This document shows positions 1-10,243 of a stretch of 64,000 nt of DNA, one piece after another (the first letter of the stretch is position 1; each line of letters begins with the position of its first letter). Location: positions 1-64,000 of IMG/VR virus record IMGVR_UViG_3300021255_001258, one strand, 5' to 3'. Made by a program: the position numbers and the translations under genes. The stretch comes from a virus. Lineage: Duplodnaviria > Caudoviricetes. Below the pieces are notes generated by a model. The model worked only from the letters and a program-made list of their open reading frames with translations. It searched no databases and was not told the DNA's origin.

Positions 1-201
1 CCTTGCGGCGAGAGATTGCCGGACACAAACAGAGATGTACTTTTACAGTTCAACAACAATATGGGTATCGGATTCTGGGAAAATGGCGAATGGGGGGTAA
101 ACACAGGGGAAAATATATACAGCGAGATAGGTGAAGGAGAAGAAAAACCTATAGCATGGGCGGAATTACCAGAACCGTATGGAGGTGAACATGATGGATG
201 A
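1..201 (+). CDS. DUF551-like small phage protein, 5' partial
   Basis: Frame is open from the window edge; ERLPD near the start and AWAELPEPY at the C-terminus are typical of this family. Confidence 0.45.
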   Translation, partial: PCGERLPDTNRDVLLQFNNNMGIGFWENGEWGVNTGENIYSEIGEGEEKPIAWAELPEPYGGEHDG

Positions 202-259
202 TTCGATTTCAAGACAGACAATTCTTAAATGGATTGATGTATGAATACGGAGTATAAAC

Positions 260-2194
260 ATGATCGACAGAATGAGAGAACTTATTGATAAATTAAATAA
301 AGCTTGTGTTGCTTATTATAAAAATGATAATCCTATAATAACAGACAAGGCTTATGATAAGCTTTATGATGAGCTTGTAGAGCTGGAGAAAGAAGAGGGT
401 ATTGTACTCGCCGGATCTCCTACGCAGAAAGTCCAAGGTTATCTTCTCGATGGTTTTAAAAAGGTGCAGCACAGCAAACCGATGCTGTCTGCGGCTAAAA
501 CCAAGGATATTAATGAGATTAGAAAATTTCTTGGTGATTATTCGTGGTATTGTTCTGGCAAATTGGATGGTTTAACTCTGGTAGTCATCTTCGAGAATGG
601 CGAATTTATACAGGGAATCACTCGCGGAAACGGCACAGTCGGAGAAGATGTAACCGAAGCTTGCCGTTTTATCAAAAACCTACCCATGAAAATTCCATAT
701 AAAGAACGTTTAGAGCTTCGTGGGGAATGTGTAATGTCTTGGCAGGAATTCAACCGTATCAATGAGAATCTGGTAGATAAGTATTCGCATCCAAGAAACC
801 TTGCAGCTGGAACACTCCGCCAGCTAGATTTGAATGTTGTTAAAGATAGAGAGCTTTCGTTCATTGTATTTGAGTGTGTAACGGATATTGATGATAGCAA
901 ATTAACAGAACTTGCATGGCTTAATTCAATTGGATTTGAAACAGTTGAAAACAAAAGAGTTTTTGAATCTGGATTGGATAAGACTGTTGAAATGGCCACA
1001 AAATCTGTACAGAACGACAAATATCCATATGATGGACTGGTTTTCGAAATTAATAGCAAAAAGGTTTCGAAGAGTCTCGGAAAAACAGAACATCACGAAT
1101 CTTGCCGCATGGCTCTCAAGTGGAAAGATGATACATACGAGACCGTTCTTAGAGATGTGGAGTGGAACGTCGGCAAAACTGGAGTACTGTTTCCAACCGG
1201 AATTGTCGATCCAGTAGATTTAGACGGTGCCATAACTTCTCGTGTAACGCTTCATAACATTACATATATTAAAGACCTTGAACTTGGCATTGGAGATACA
1301 GTTACATTATATAGAAGCAACATGGTAATTCCTGCTATTGATGATAATCTAACGAGAAGCAACACGCTTGAAATTCCGTCCGTTTGTCCTATCTGCGGAA
1401 CACCAACGCGAATAATTAAAGAAAATTCTTCTGAAGTTCTCTACTGTATCAACGATGACTGCCCTGGTAGACTTCTTGGAAGATGGCAGACATTTGTATC
1501 AAAAAAAGGTATGGACATTGCCGGGTTATCTGAGCAGACATTAGATCGTTTTCTTAAACTCGGTTTCCTCGATTATGTTTTTGTAAACTTATATCATCTG
1601 GATGGTTACCGGAGAGACTTGTATAAACTCGATGGTTTCGGCAAAAAGTCCATTGACAATCTTCTCGATGCAATCGAAGCCAGTAGAGATGTAGACCTGG
1701 AGCATTTCATTGTTGCATTCAGTATTCCGAATATTGGAACTGGACAGGCTAAGTTACTCGCTAAACGATTCAAGACATTTGATGCTTTCCGTGACGCTTG
1801 TGATAATGATTTCCGGTTTGACGAAATTCCTGGTATTGGTCCAATCCTTAACACAAATATTCATCATTGGTGGAACAACAACAACTGGCAGATGTTGGAC
1901 GTTGCACAAGAGGTGAGATTTAAAGAGGAACATGCGATGAATAAACCGGAGGGCAGTTTTCCGCTGCTTGGAAAAACATTTGTTGTTACTGGACCTGTGT
2001 ATCATTTCAAAAATCGTGGCGAATTACAGAAGAAGATTGAAGATCTCGGCGGTAAGGTTGCTGGATCCGTCAGCAAGAACACTTCCTATCTTATTAATAA
2101 TGACACCGAAAGCACTTCCAGCAAGAATAAGAAGGCGAAAGAACTCGGCGTTCCAATTATCTCGGAGGAAGATTTCCTAAAAATAATATATTAA
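260..2194 (+). CDS. ligA: NAD-dependent DNA ligase
   Basis: 644 aa; YYxxDxPxITDxxYD, KLDG adenylation motif, TRGNGxxGEDVT, RNLAAGTLRQLD, CPICG zinc finger, HhH repeats, C-terminal BRCT (GKTFVVTG..SVSKNT). Confidence 0.97.
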   Translation: MIDRMRELIDKLNKACVAYYKNDNPIITDKAYDKLYDELVELEKEEGIVLAGSPTQKVQGYLLDGFKKVQHSKPMLSAAKTKDINEIRKFLGDYSWYCSGKLDGLTLVVIFENGEFIQGITRGNGTVGEDVTEACRFIKNLPMKIPYKERLELRGECVMSWQEFNRINENLVDKYSHPRNLAAGTLRQLDLNVVKDRELSFIVFECVTDIDDSKLTELAWLNSIGFETVENKRVFESGLDKTVEMATKSVQNDKYPYDGLVFEINSKKVSKSLGKTEHHESCRMALKWKDDTYETVLRDVEWNVGKTGVLFPTGIVDPVDLDGAITSRVTLHNITYIKDLELGIGDTVTLYRSNMVIPAIDDNLTRSNTLEIPSVCPICGTPTRIIKENSSEVLYCINDDCPGRLLGRWQTFVSKKGMDIAGLSEQTLDRFLKLGFLDYVFVNLYHLDGYRRDLYKLDGFGKKSIDNLLDAIEASRDVDLEHFIVAFSIPNIGTGQAKLLAKRFKTFDAFRDACDNDFRFDEIPGIGPILNTNIHHWWNNNNWQMLDVAQEVRFKEEHAMNKPEGSFPLLGKTFVVTGPVYHFKNRGELQKKIEDLGGKVAGSVSKNTSYLINNDTESTSSKNKKAKELGVPIISEEDFLKIIY

Positions 2195-2202
2195 ATAATA
2201 TG

Positions 2203-2231
2203 TTGACAACTGCGCGAATTTGTAGTAATAT
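2203..2231 (+). promoter_or_regulatory. sigma-A-type promoter
   Basis: TTGACA (2203-2208), 17 nt spacer, TAATAT (2226-2231), upstream of the accessory gene run. Confidence 0.65.
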
Positions 2232-2406
2232 ATTAAACAGCAAAGAAATTTAAATATTCGAGGTGGCCTATGATTCCAAAGATTTATACAATCCAAAACG
2301 CCACCGTTGTTTGTTGGCTCGGGGTTAGATTTTATATCTGCCCCGAAGTCATCGTAATTAAATACGGAAACAATGGCGAGAAGATATTTCGTAGGTGGTT
2401 TAAACA

Positions 2407-2946
2407 ATGAGAGTAATTAAGAAAAAATCAGATATTAAACAACCATTCCCTATGAGGGTAACATGTTACAATTGCGAAACAGAATTAGAGATAGAGGAGC
2501 AGGATACTCATGTTGGATATCCTGGTGCTATGTATTTTACATGTCCGGTATGCGGCGAAGAGATCATGATTGAGGAACTTGATGGGATTACATTGACGAA
2601 AGATAACATTGAGTTCCCACAACATTTTTATTATTTTGGCAACGGCGTGGATTTGACATCCGAAGAAATTAGAAAATATATTAACGATGCTATTAATTTT
2701 TTCCGGAATAATCCAGATAACTTCTGCTACACAACAGGCAGCGGAAACACGGGTATCCTTGTTCAGAACTTCTCTGGCGATCATGAATATCATGTTGTAG
2801 TAACAAAAGATTTTTACGAGACAGAGATTCCATACGGAACAAAAGATTATGTAGCACTTAACTCTGTAGATGAGCGTTGGAGAAATGTCGGAATCGAAGC
2901 ATGGAGGGAGTTGAGGAAAGAGCATGATATTAGTCGAAAAAACTGA
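2407..2946 (+). CDS. hypothetical protein with N-terminal zinc ribbon
   Basis: CYNC..CPVC pairs; 179 aa. Confidence 0.6.
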   Translation: MRVIKKKSDIKQPFPMRVTCYNCETELEIEEQDTHVGYPGAMYFTCPVCGEEIMIEELDGITLTKDNIEFPQHFYYFGNGVDLTSEEIRKYINDAINFFRNNPDNFCYTTGSGNTGILVQNFSGDHEYHVVVTKDFYETEIPYGTKDYVALNSVDERWRNVGIEAWRELRKEHDISRKN

Positions 2947-3634
2947 AGTATTTAATTTCGAAGGTGCAATCAGAGGAATGAGAAATCCTCTTAATAGTTG
3001 GGATAGAAGTGATAGTGTATTCGCAGAAAATCCCGATGATTTTGTAGTTGGTTCAAATGATATGGATTTGATGCAGAAGTTAGTTAAAGCTGGTTCAGAA
3101 CATCGTAAATTTATGCGTCAAATCATGGTATGTGTTGATATAACTGCTCCACTTTATTGGTGGAAAGAATTCGATACCTATAAAGTGGGCACAGTTGCTA
3201 ATTCATGTTCTACTATGCATAAGATTACCGCCAAAGAATTTAAATTAGATGATTTCAGTCATGAGCATCTGTTTGGTTCTTTTGAACCAATACAAAAGAT
3301 AAATTCAGATAATTCAAATTATTACGAGGTTATGTTTACAAACGAAAGCATAAAGATTAAATCAGATACTATGATGATGTGTTTAATTGAGTTACTTAAT
3401 TTTTATCGTGAAAAATATCTTGAAACAAAAGATAAGAAGTATTGGTGGCAGATGATCCAGTTACTACCATCTAGTTACAATCAAAGACGCACTTGGACTG
3501 GCAATTATGAAAATCTTTTTTCTATGTATCATCAGAGAAAAAATCATAAATTAGATGAGTGGCATCAGTTCTGCGACTGGATTGAAACTTTGCCGTATGC
3601 AAATGAATTGATTGTAGGTGAGTCCAATGATTAA
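2924..3634 (+). CDS. conserved phage protein, possibly a distant ThyX-like fold
   Basis: AIRGMRNPLNSW, GSEHRKFMRQI, APLYWWKEFDTYK, LLPSSYNQRR..NYENL; the canonical ThyX RHR..S motif is absent. Confidence 0.45.
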   Translation: MILVEKTEVFNFEGAIRGMRNPLNSWDRSDSVFAENPDDFVVGSNDMDLMQKLVKAGSEHRKFMRQIMVCVDITAPLYWWKEFDTYKVGTVANSCSTMHKITAKEFKLDDFSHEHLFGSFEPIQKINSDNSNYYEVMFTNESIKIKSDTMMMCLIELLNFYREKYLETKDKKYWWQMIQLLPSSYNQRRTWTGNYENLFSMYHQRKNHKLDEWHQFCDWIETLPYANELIVGESND

Positions 3635-3867
3635 TGAGAAGAAAGTCCTTGATTGGACTAAAGTCCAAGCTGATTTGGTTACTGATACTGATGGTGTAAC
3701 ATTTGGAGTGGAAATTAATATATTAAATAAAGACATAAGTTTTTACGCTAAGTACTCTGATGGAACAGAAATGCCGATACTCATTTCTAATGTTTATCTT
3801 GCATTAGATATATTTAATGGAGTACTTCCAAATTATACAATTCCGCCAGAGTTTGAGGAGGGGCAGA

Positions 3868-4128
3868 ATGACTGAATTATATGAAAGTGATGACCAGATG
3901 GTGTCGCATCCGCAGCATTACCAGAGTAAGTCCGGTATGGAAGTGATTGATGTAATCGAAGCTTTTACTGATGGGCTTAATGGTATTTTAGCTGCTGATA
4001 CTGCGAACATTATTAAATACGCCTGTAGGTGGAACAGAAAAAACGGCATCCAGGACGTTGAAAAAATCATATGGTATGCCACACACCTCAAGAATTGTCT
4101 TGAAAAGAAGTATGGTATTAAACAATGA
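3868..4128 (+). CDS. DUF3310-family protein
   Basis: VSHPQHY..EVIDVI..NIIKYACRWNRKNG..D..K..WY; GGAGG RBS before the ATG at 3868. Confidence 0.8.
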   Translation: MTELYESDDQMVSHPQHYQSKSGMEVIDVIEAFTDGLNGILAADTANIIKYACRWNRKNGIQDVEKIIWYATHLKNCLEKKYGIKQ

Positions 4129-5362
4129 GTGAAAAATATAAAATTATAAACATTGTACATAGCGGTAGGAAGGGTCCAAGATGGGAAACCGTTACTGATC
4201 CAAAATATGATGACATGCGTGGCTGCATTTTGAAAATTGGTGAGATTAGGCAATTTAAACCAATCAATGCTACCATATATGGTCACCCATATTACGATAC
4301 ATGGAGGACATCTGAAGTGATTGGATTCAGCAGAGACCATGATGGTGCATATATATTGGAAACGGTAAATACAATATATATATTAGAGGAAGTGACGCAA
4401 TGAGTATTGCAGGAAAGTGCTGCTTCGAGGACACGGTTGCCATTTTCGGAGCAGATAATATTTTGGAAAAATATAATGTATACATTGGAGACAATATCCT
4501 GCCGCTTCGGATGGAGTCAGAAAAAGATTTGATTCCGTATTATCCATATCTTGAGTCAATCATAGTATCTAATAAAGAAACTGGCGGAATAATTCGTCTG
4601 CACACTCGGTCATTTATAGACGAGGAAGAGGAAGAGCGGCTGACTTGGCGATTGAATGAACTGAAGAAATATTGGCGAAGATGTAAACGCAGAAAAGAAC
4701 CATTCTCGACTGAAGAAGCTTTAAAAAAAATCTGCTTTTTCGATCCGCAAGATTATGAGAAGAAATTAGTTACCAGAGTCGCAGAGTTTGGTGAAGCCGC
4801 AATAATTGAAGGGATTCATGATCCAATGCATGAACGTATGCGGAATGAATTATATGAATTGATGGTTAAATATGGCTGGTCGGAACCACAAGCGTATCGT
4901 TGGGTATACGGATGGGAAAGGAGTTTTGCCCGTGAGAAATCGTAATCTATGGATCGTCATTTCCATGATTTTGGCAATAATTGTTGGATTGTTGCTTTCA
5001 TGGGGTATAACAATGGCATTTATTTACTTGACATCATGGCTCCTTAAAATCAGATTTTCATTGAGAATTGCTACGGCAATATGGTTAGTGCTTGTGCTGC
5101 TCAGTGGTGGTGTTACGGTTACGGCAAGGAGGTGAAACCGTTGGAATGGTGGATTAAGAGTGGAGATGTTGTTCAGTTCAAATCTGGAGACTTTAAAGGA
5201 TGTTACGGCACAATTGTTGCCGTCAATGATGTGAATGGTTTGGTATATACAATTGAGATACCAATGCCGTACACATCTCCAATAACGATTAGTAACGTAC
5301 AAAGTAATGATTTTTATTGTATAGGAGAAAAAATAGATGATAGCGATCAAGCCAGATGGTAG
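4125..5362 (+). other. run of small hypothetical genes (4125-4403, 4400-4945, a membrane protein ending at 5135, an ORF ending at 5362)
   Basis: Overlapping stop/start junctions (ATGA) and RBSs; no family recognised. Confidence 0.55.
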
Positions 5363-5465
5363 AGATATTACTGAGATTTCAGACGAGGAATGGAATGAAT
5401 TATATGCTTCGATTCCTTGGACCAAATGTATCGTTGTTTATATAGGAGTTTAAAAAAGATATTTA

Positions 5466-5640
5466 TCGGCGGTAGGCAAGCACAGAGTTACGAAAGTAAT
5501 GTAAAAGCCGTTTAAGACAATAATAGCTGCGTCCGTGGAACGTCTGTGGTGTTAACACAGCGCCAGTTTCTGGTGATAAATTAATAAAGGCTACGCAATC
5601 CATAGCAGATGCGTGTGATTGAAACTGCACACCCGCCGAA
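5466..5640 (+). ncRNA. tRNA-like structured RNA candidate
   Basis: Intergenic. 7-bp terminal stem TCGGCGG/CCGCCGA followed by TA; 5-bp stem GTGTG/CACAC directly abutting the 3' strand; internal hairpins TTAC-GAAA-GTAA, CTGTG/CACAG, CGCCAG/CTGGTG. Confidence 0.5.
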
Positions 5641-6169
5641 CTAAAATTAATAAAGAATGGAGTTATACACAATGCCGGATTGCGAAACGTACCAACTCAC
5701 ACTGCAACACTACATTATCTGCGACGAAGAATACATCAAGTTAGAAGAACCTTTAGTTGTCAAGATGAATGTCAGAAATGATATACCGACTCCGGTATGC
5801 TTAAATAGGATGATCGATATAATGAGAGATGAAATGTTGAAAAGAAATGAAAGGATTGTTTTATGAGACCAATTGATGCAGACGAATTACTGGAACACGC
5901 TTGGCGAGAAAAACTTGATTCCAGAGAATTAATAGCTAAGATGATTGAAGATGCTCCGACTGCTTTTAAAGGTGACTTAACCTGGGTACATCCTAAATAT
6001 ATCCCATTAACATCTGCCCAGAATGATTTGTTTCTCTCATATCAAACTGGATGGGCATTGCAAGTTGTATATTGGAGAACTGGTTATGGATGGAGAAGAA
6101 TTGATACTAACGATTCTGTTGACCCAGAATTGGTATCACAGATAAATTTGCCGGATTAAGGATAAAGCT

Positions 6170-6502
6170 ATGAGTGTATTAATCAAAGGTATGAAGATGC
6201 CAGATAATTGTGACGTATGTCTTTTCTCAGGTTGGTCAAACCTAGATCAAACATCATGCTGTAAACTCAAAGAGTATGAGCCTGGATTTCCAGAATATAG
6301 CATAGCTTATAGAACACAAAGAAGTAATATCTGTCCACTTGTTGATATCCCGGAACATCACGGCAGACTATTTGACCAAGATGATGTCAAGGCGGTTTTG
6401 TATGACATGCCTGATACGAAAGATAAGTGGGATGCGATAGCGTTGCTGGAGTGGGCGATAGATAAGCGCTGGTGTATCGAGGCAGAAGGAGTGGAAGAAT
6501 GA
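6170..6502 (+). CDS. Cys-rich small phage protein, paralog of 7003-7284
   Basis: MSVLIKGMKMPDNC..CPLVDIPEHHGRL versus MSVIVKGMRMPENC..CPLVELPEHHGRL. Confidence 0.7.
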   Translation: MSVLIKGMKMPDNCDVCLFSGWSNLDQTSCCKLKEYEPGFPEYSIAYRTQRSNICPLVDIPEHHGRLFDQDDVKAVLYDMPDTKDKWDAIALLEWAIDKRWCIEAEGVEE

Positions 6503-7006
6503 AATTCGTGGAATTTAATAAAAGGGAATACCACAACGGTTATTGCTCAGTCAGAATTCTGGTATCAATCAGCGATATAACGAGGGTAGTCGAATGTGTT
6601 GATAACTATAGCTATACGAATATCGTAACAAAAGATGGGAAAATATTTACACTGAATGAAAAATACGCAGATGTGATTAAGAAAATCAGGGAAGCAGAAG
6701 GAGCGGAAGAATGAGAAAAACGATAGCAATTATATGCTTAACTGCTATGTTATTCATGTTGGCAGGATGCGAAGAAGGGAAGTCAGGAGCAACACCCGGA
6801 TATTCAAGCGAATATAACATACCAGATATTTCGATTCTCGCTGAAGACACATGCACATATGATTATTTTTATGTGTTAGACAATAATACGGGAGTTGTAT
6901 ACCTTCAATTCAGTGGCTATAGAAGAGCAGGAATAACTGTGGCATTAAATGCGGATGGAACACCGATTACTATCGACCAGATAAAGCGGAAGAGGTGGAA
7001 GAATGA
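6479..7006 (+). repeat. 24-bp direct repeats at three consecutive gene junctions
   Basis: GAGGCAGAAGGAGTGGAAGAATGA (6479), GAAGCAGAAGGAGCGGAAGAATGA (6691), AAAGCGGAAGAGGTGGAAGAATGA (6983). Confidence 0.75.
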
Positions 7007-7037
7007 GCGTGATTGTGAAAGGAATGCGGATGCCTGA
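6711..7037 (+). CDS. lipoprotein (DUF6440-like)
   Basis: Signal peptide with lipobox LAGC; DNNTGVVYL..AGITVALNADGTP. Confidence 0.65.
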   Translation: MRKTIAIICLTAMLFMLAGCEEGKSGATPGYSSEYNIPDISILAEDTCTYDYFYVLDNNTGVVYLQFSGYRRAGITVALNADGTPITIDQIKRKRWKNERDCERNADA

Positions 7038-7284
7038 GAACTGTATCGAGTGCATGAACTCGGATTTAAGAACGGCAATTAAATGCACGGAATGGACAGA
7101 AATAAGCGCATGGCGTAGAGAAAACGAGAGAGCGCTGAGTTGTCCACTTGTAGAACTACCAGAGCATCACGGCAGATTGATTGATGCCGATGCTCTAGTT
7201 GCAGAATCACTTGCGGATGGTGCTTATGGATATGTGGGCACAAAAGAGATTTATGATGCGCCTACGATTGTTGAAGCAGAATGA
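7003..7284 (+). CDS. Cys-rich small phage protein, paralog of 6170-6502
   Basis: Shared N-terminus with 6170-6502; its RLIDADAL..APT segment also resembles ORF 5863-6159. Confidence 0.7.
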   Translation: MSVIVKGMRMPENCIECMNSDLRTAIKCTEWTEISAWRRENERALSCPLVELPEHHGRLIDADALVAESLADGAYGYVGTKEIYDAPTIVEAE

Positions 7285-7608
7285 AAGGATACCGACATGA
7301 AAATTCGAGAGCTGCTTGAGCGAGAAAAATACATTGATGATACAATTAATAAGTTTGCGAAAAGAACTCGTAATACGGAATCGCATATCGGATGGGACAA
7401 CCTAAGTATTAATATCTCAGTAAATGATGCCAGACAGATTGCAACTTGTTTAGATTGGCTTCAGGCAATATTTAAGCAGAATATTGATAGTATTAGTGTA
7501 TATGATGTAAGTATAAAAAATCTTCCAGATTATTATTAATGAAATGGCTATTATATCAAACAATCCAACAAGAATTAATGTAAAAATTATTTAAGAGGAG
7601 ATTTTAAT

Positions 7609-8031
7609 ATGTGTAGCATTATTGAAATTAAAGGTGATATTAGAACGACACCGCAGGGATATTCGATTGCAGCAGCGTTTAGCGATGATTTGAATTGTAA
7701 TGTCGGAATTCCGAAGATTATGGATGAAATGTTTAACATTGTTGATCGCGTTGAAGCAATTAAGAGATACAAAAAGACAAATGCCATCGCAAAGCTAGAT
7801 AATCTTTATCTGCTTTTTGTTAAAGAATCTAGTTATGATACGCCAATTTACGATAGAATGGTAACTGCCCTCAAAGAATTGCGAAAAAGATGCGAGAAAG
7901 ATTGTATCAAAAAACTTGCTATGCCAAAAATCTGCACCGGATCCGGCGGCTTCGATTGGGATATGGTTAACGATGCGATTATGGACGCATTCACGCTTAT
8001 GGATATTGATATTGTAATTTATTATAGGTGA
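7609..8031 (+). CDS. TARG1/OARD1-like macrodomain (ADP-ribose eraser or binder)
   Basis: IKGDI at the N-terminus, LFVKE, LAMPKICTGSGGFDWDMV; 140 aa. Confidence 0.7.
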   Translation: MCSIIEIKGDIRTTPQGYSIAAAFSDDLNCNVGIPKIMDEMFNIVDRVEAIKRYKKTNAIAKLDNLYLLFVKESSYDTPIYDRMVTALKELRKRCEKDCIKKLAMPKICTGSGGFDWDMVNDAIMDAFTLMDIDIVIYYR

Positions 8032-8035
8032 CCGT

Positions 8036-9265
8036 ATGGAAGATAGAAAACCAGTATATTTGGTAAATGTTGAAGGTGATGGGAATCATAACAAATATTA
8101 CCGTATGATTGCTAATCCAGACGGAGCATCTTTCACGGCAGAATATGGTCGAGTGGGATCGTCACAGCAGACAAGAACCTATCCAATTCAGCAGTGGGAT
8201 AAGAAATACAACGAAAAAATCCGCAAAGGCTATACAGATCAGACTTATCTGATGGAAGACCTTATTTCAGTTATTAAACCTAAAAAGGCGAAATCGGAAT
8301 ATAAAGAAATTGAAGACGAAGCCATTGCTGAAATTGTTAAACGACTGATGAGTATGGCCCGCCAGAAGGTGCAGCAGAATTATAAAGTCGAATCTAATCA
8401 GGTTACTCAGGCTATGGTAGACGAAGCTCAGAAGATTATAGATGAACTTACGACTAAGACGAAACTGGAAGATTTTAACGAAAGCTTGATGATTCTGTTT
8501 GCTGTAATTCCTCGGCGTATGAAGAATGTCAAGGATTATCTGGCTAAGACTAAAGAAGATTTTTTTAGGATTATTAAAGATGAACAGGACCTTCTGGATG
8601 TTATGCGTGGTCAGGTGATTACTCATGCGGTAGAAGAGGAAGAGTCAGAAGATGACCAACCCACAAAAGATGAAACCATTCTCGAAGCTATGGGTCTTAC
8701 GATTGAACCTGTATCTACTGATGAGATAGAACTTATTAAATCTAAACTTGGAGATTGTAAAGACAAATTCTATCAGGCTTGGCGAGTAACTAATAAAAAG
8801 ACTCAGAAACGGTTTGATAACTTTGCAGCAAAAGAAAATATTAAAGATACGAGGCTTTTCTGGCATGGGAGTAGAAATGAGAATTGGTGGTCAATTATTA
8901 ATAATGGGTTAATGATAAGACCTACGAATGCCGTATATACAGGCTCCATGTTTGGCGATGCTATCTATGCAAGTCCAACGGCTAAAAAATCTCTTGGATA
9001 CACTTCATTAAACGGTTCTTATTGGGCAAGAGGAAACGCATCTTCGGCATTTATGGCATTGATGCAATTTCATTATGGAAACCCATATGATGTATATTCA
9101 TTTGATAGCAAATATTATGGGTACAATTATCAGAGGTTACAGAACGATTGCCCTGGTGCTAATTGTCTTCATGCGCATGCTGGTTCTATGTTAAGAAATG
9201 ATGAGGTTGTTTTTTATAACGTGGATCAGGTGACTATTAAATATTTGGTAGAATTGAGAGGCTAA
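8036..9265 (+). CDS. PARP-family ADP-ribosyltransferase (WGR, helical and catalytic domains)
   Basis: NHNKYY..YGRVG..KIRKGY (WGR); FWHGS, GSMFGDAIYAS..KSLGY, LRNDEVVFY (H-Y-E triad). Confidence 0.9.
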   Translation: MEDRKPVYLVNVEGDGNHNKYYRMIANPDGASFTAEYGRVGSSQQTRTYPIQQWDKKYNEKIRKGYTDQTYLMEDLISVIKPKKAKSEYKEIEDEAIAEIVKRLMSMARQKVQQNYKVESNQVTQAMVDEAQKIIDELTTKTKLEDFNESLMILFAVIPRRMKNVKDYLAKTKEDFFRIIKDEQDLLDVMRGQVITHAVEEEESEDDQPTKDETILEAMGLTIEPVSTDEIELIKSKLGDCKDKFYQAWRVTNKKTQKRFDNFAAKENIKDTRLFWHGSRNENWWSIINNGLMIRPTNAVYTGSMFGDAIYASPTAKKSLGYTSLNGSYWARGNASSAFMALMQFHYGNPYDVYSFDSKYYGYNYQRLQNDCPGANCLHAHAGSMLRNDEVVFYNVDQVTIKYLVELRG

Positions 9266-9484
9266 AATGGAATGAAGGTGGGTTATTAGATGATTAAATT
9301 AGATCTTGAAATGCCCAAAAATCGTTTAGAATGTCCGTTTCTGGAAGAAGATCCAGATGATAATACGCTTTGGTGCTATTTTAAACCTCAAATTGATGAA
9401 CAATGTATCGGATTATTCAATGGTAAATGCCCAATAATTTGTGATGATGATGCTGATGAAAGGGTTATTTTATAAAAATTAAAT

Positions 9485-10048
9485 ATGGTAATAGATTTAG
9501 AAAATAGTAACAATAAATATGGAATTATTTATACGGATCCGCCATGGCAACAGTCAAAAGGTGGCAAAAAATCCGCAAGACCAAATTCTAGTGGTGGTGA
9601 ATTGTCTTATCCAACAATGAGTTTGGATGATATATGTTCATTACATAAAGATGTTTTTGATAGATTAGCGGAGCAAAAACACAATGTGTTTATGTGGACA
9701 ATTGACAAATATCTTATAGACACAGAAAAATTTATGAAAGAGTTGGGATATACCAGACATGCTAGAATTATATGGGATAAAATAACTGGGCAAGCCACAG
9801 CATTTACTGTTAGATTTACACATGAATATTTACTTTGGTTTTATAAAAAAGGAAATATCTTAATGCCAGCAGATAGTACTCGTGGAAAATATTCAGATGT
9901 AATAAGAGAACAAGTAAAAAAGCATTCTCAAAAACCGCAATGTGCATATGAAATGCTAGAAGATATGTTCCCAGATACTAAGAAACTAGAATTATTTGCG
10001 AGAAACAAGCGACCTGGCTGGGACTGCTGGGGCAATGAAGTAGAATAA
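9485..10048 (+). CDS. MT-A70-family adenine methyltransferase
   Basis: IIYTDPPW, YPTM, HSQKP, LELFAR..GWDCWGNE. Confidence 0.9.
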   Translation: MVIDLENSNNKYGIIYTDPPWQQSKGGKKSARPNSSGGELSYPTMSLDDICSLHKDVFDRLAEQKHNVFMWTIDKYLIDTEKFMKELGYTRHARIIWDKITGQATAFTVRFTHEYLLWFYKKGNILMPADSTRGKYSDVIREQVKKHSQKPQCAYEMLEDMFPDTKKLELFARNKRPGWDCWGNEVE

Positions 10049-10243
10049 AACAGTACTTTTATTGGGGGTAAAAAATGGAAGAATTGAGAAAGATGTGTGA
10101 AATTACTACTTCTACGCCTTCGGATACAAATTGGGTTCTTAAACTCCTTGAAAATCAAGATGTTTTGGTACGCAGATGGGATGCTGGTTCTGGCCGAGAG
10201 CAATTTATAATTTATGAAAAAATCCAATAAAATGAGTTTTTTG

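Noticed and set aside
2924-3634. Firm thyX assignment
   Set aside because: The signature RHRxxSxxxxS motif is absent, so no symbol was given.
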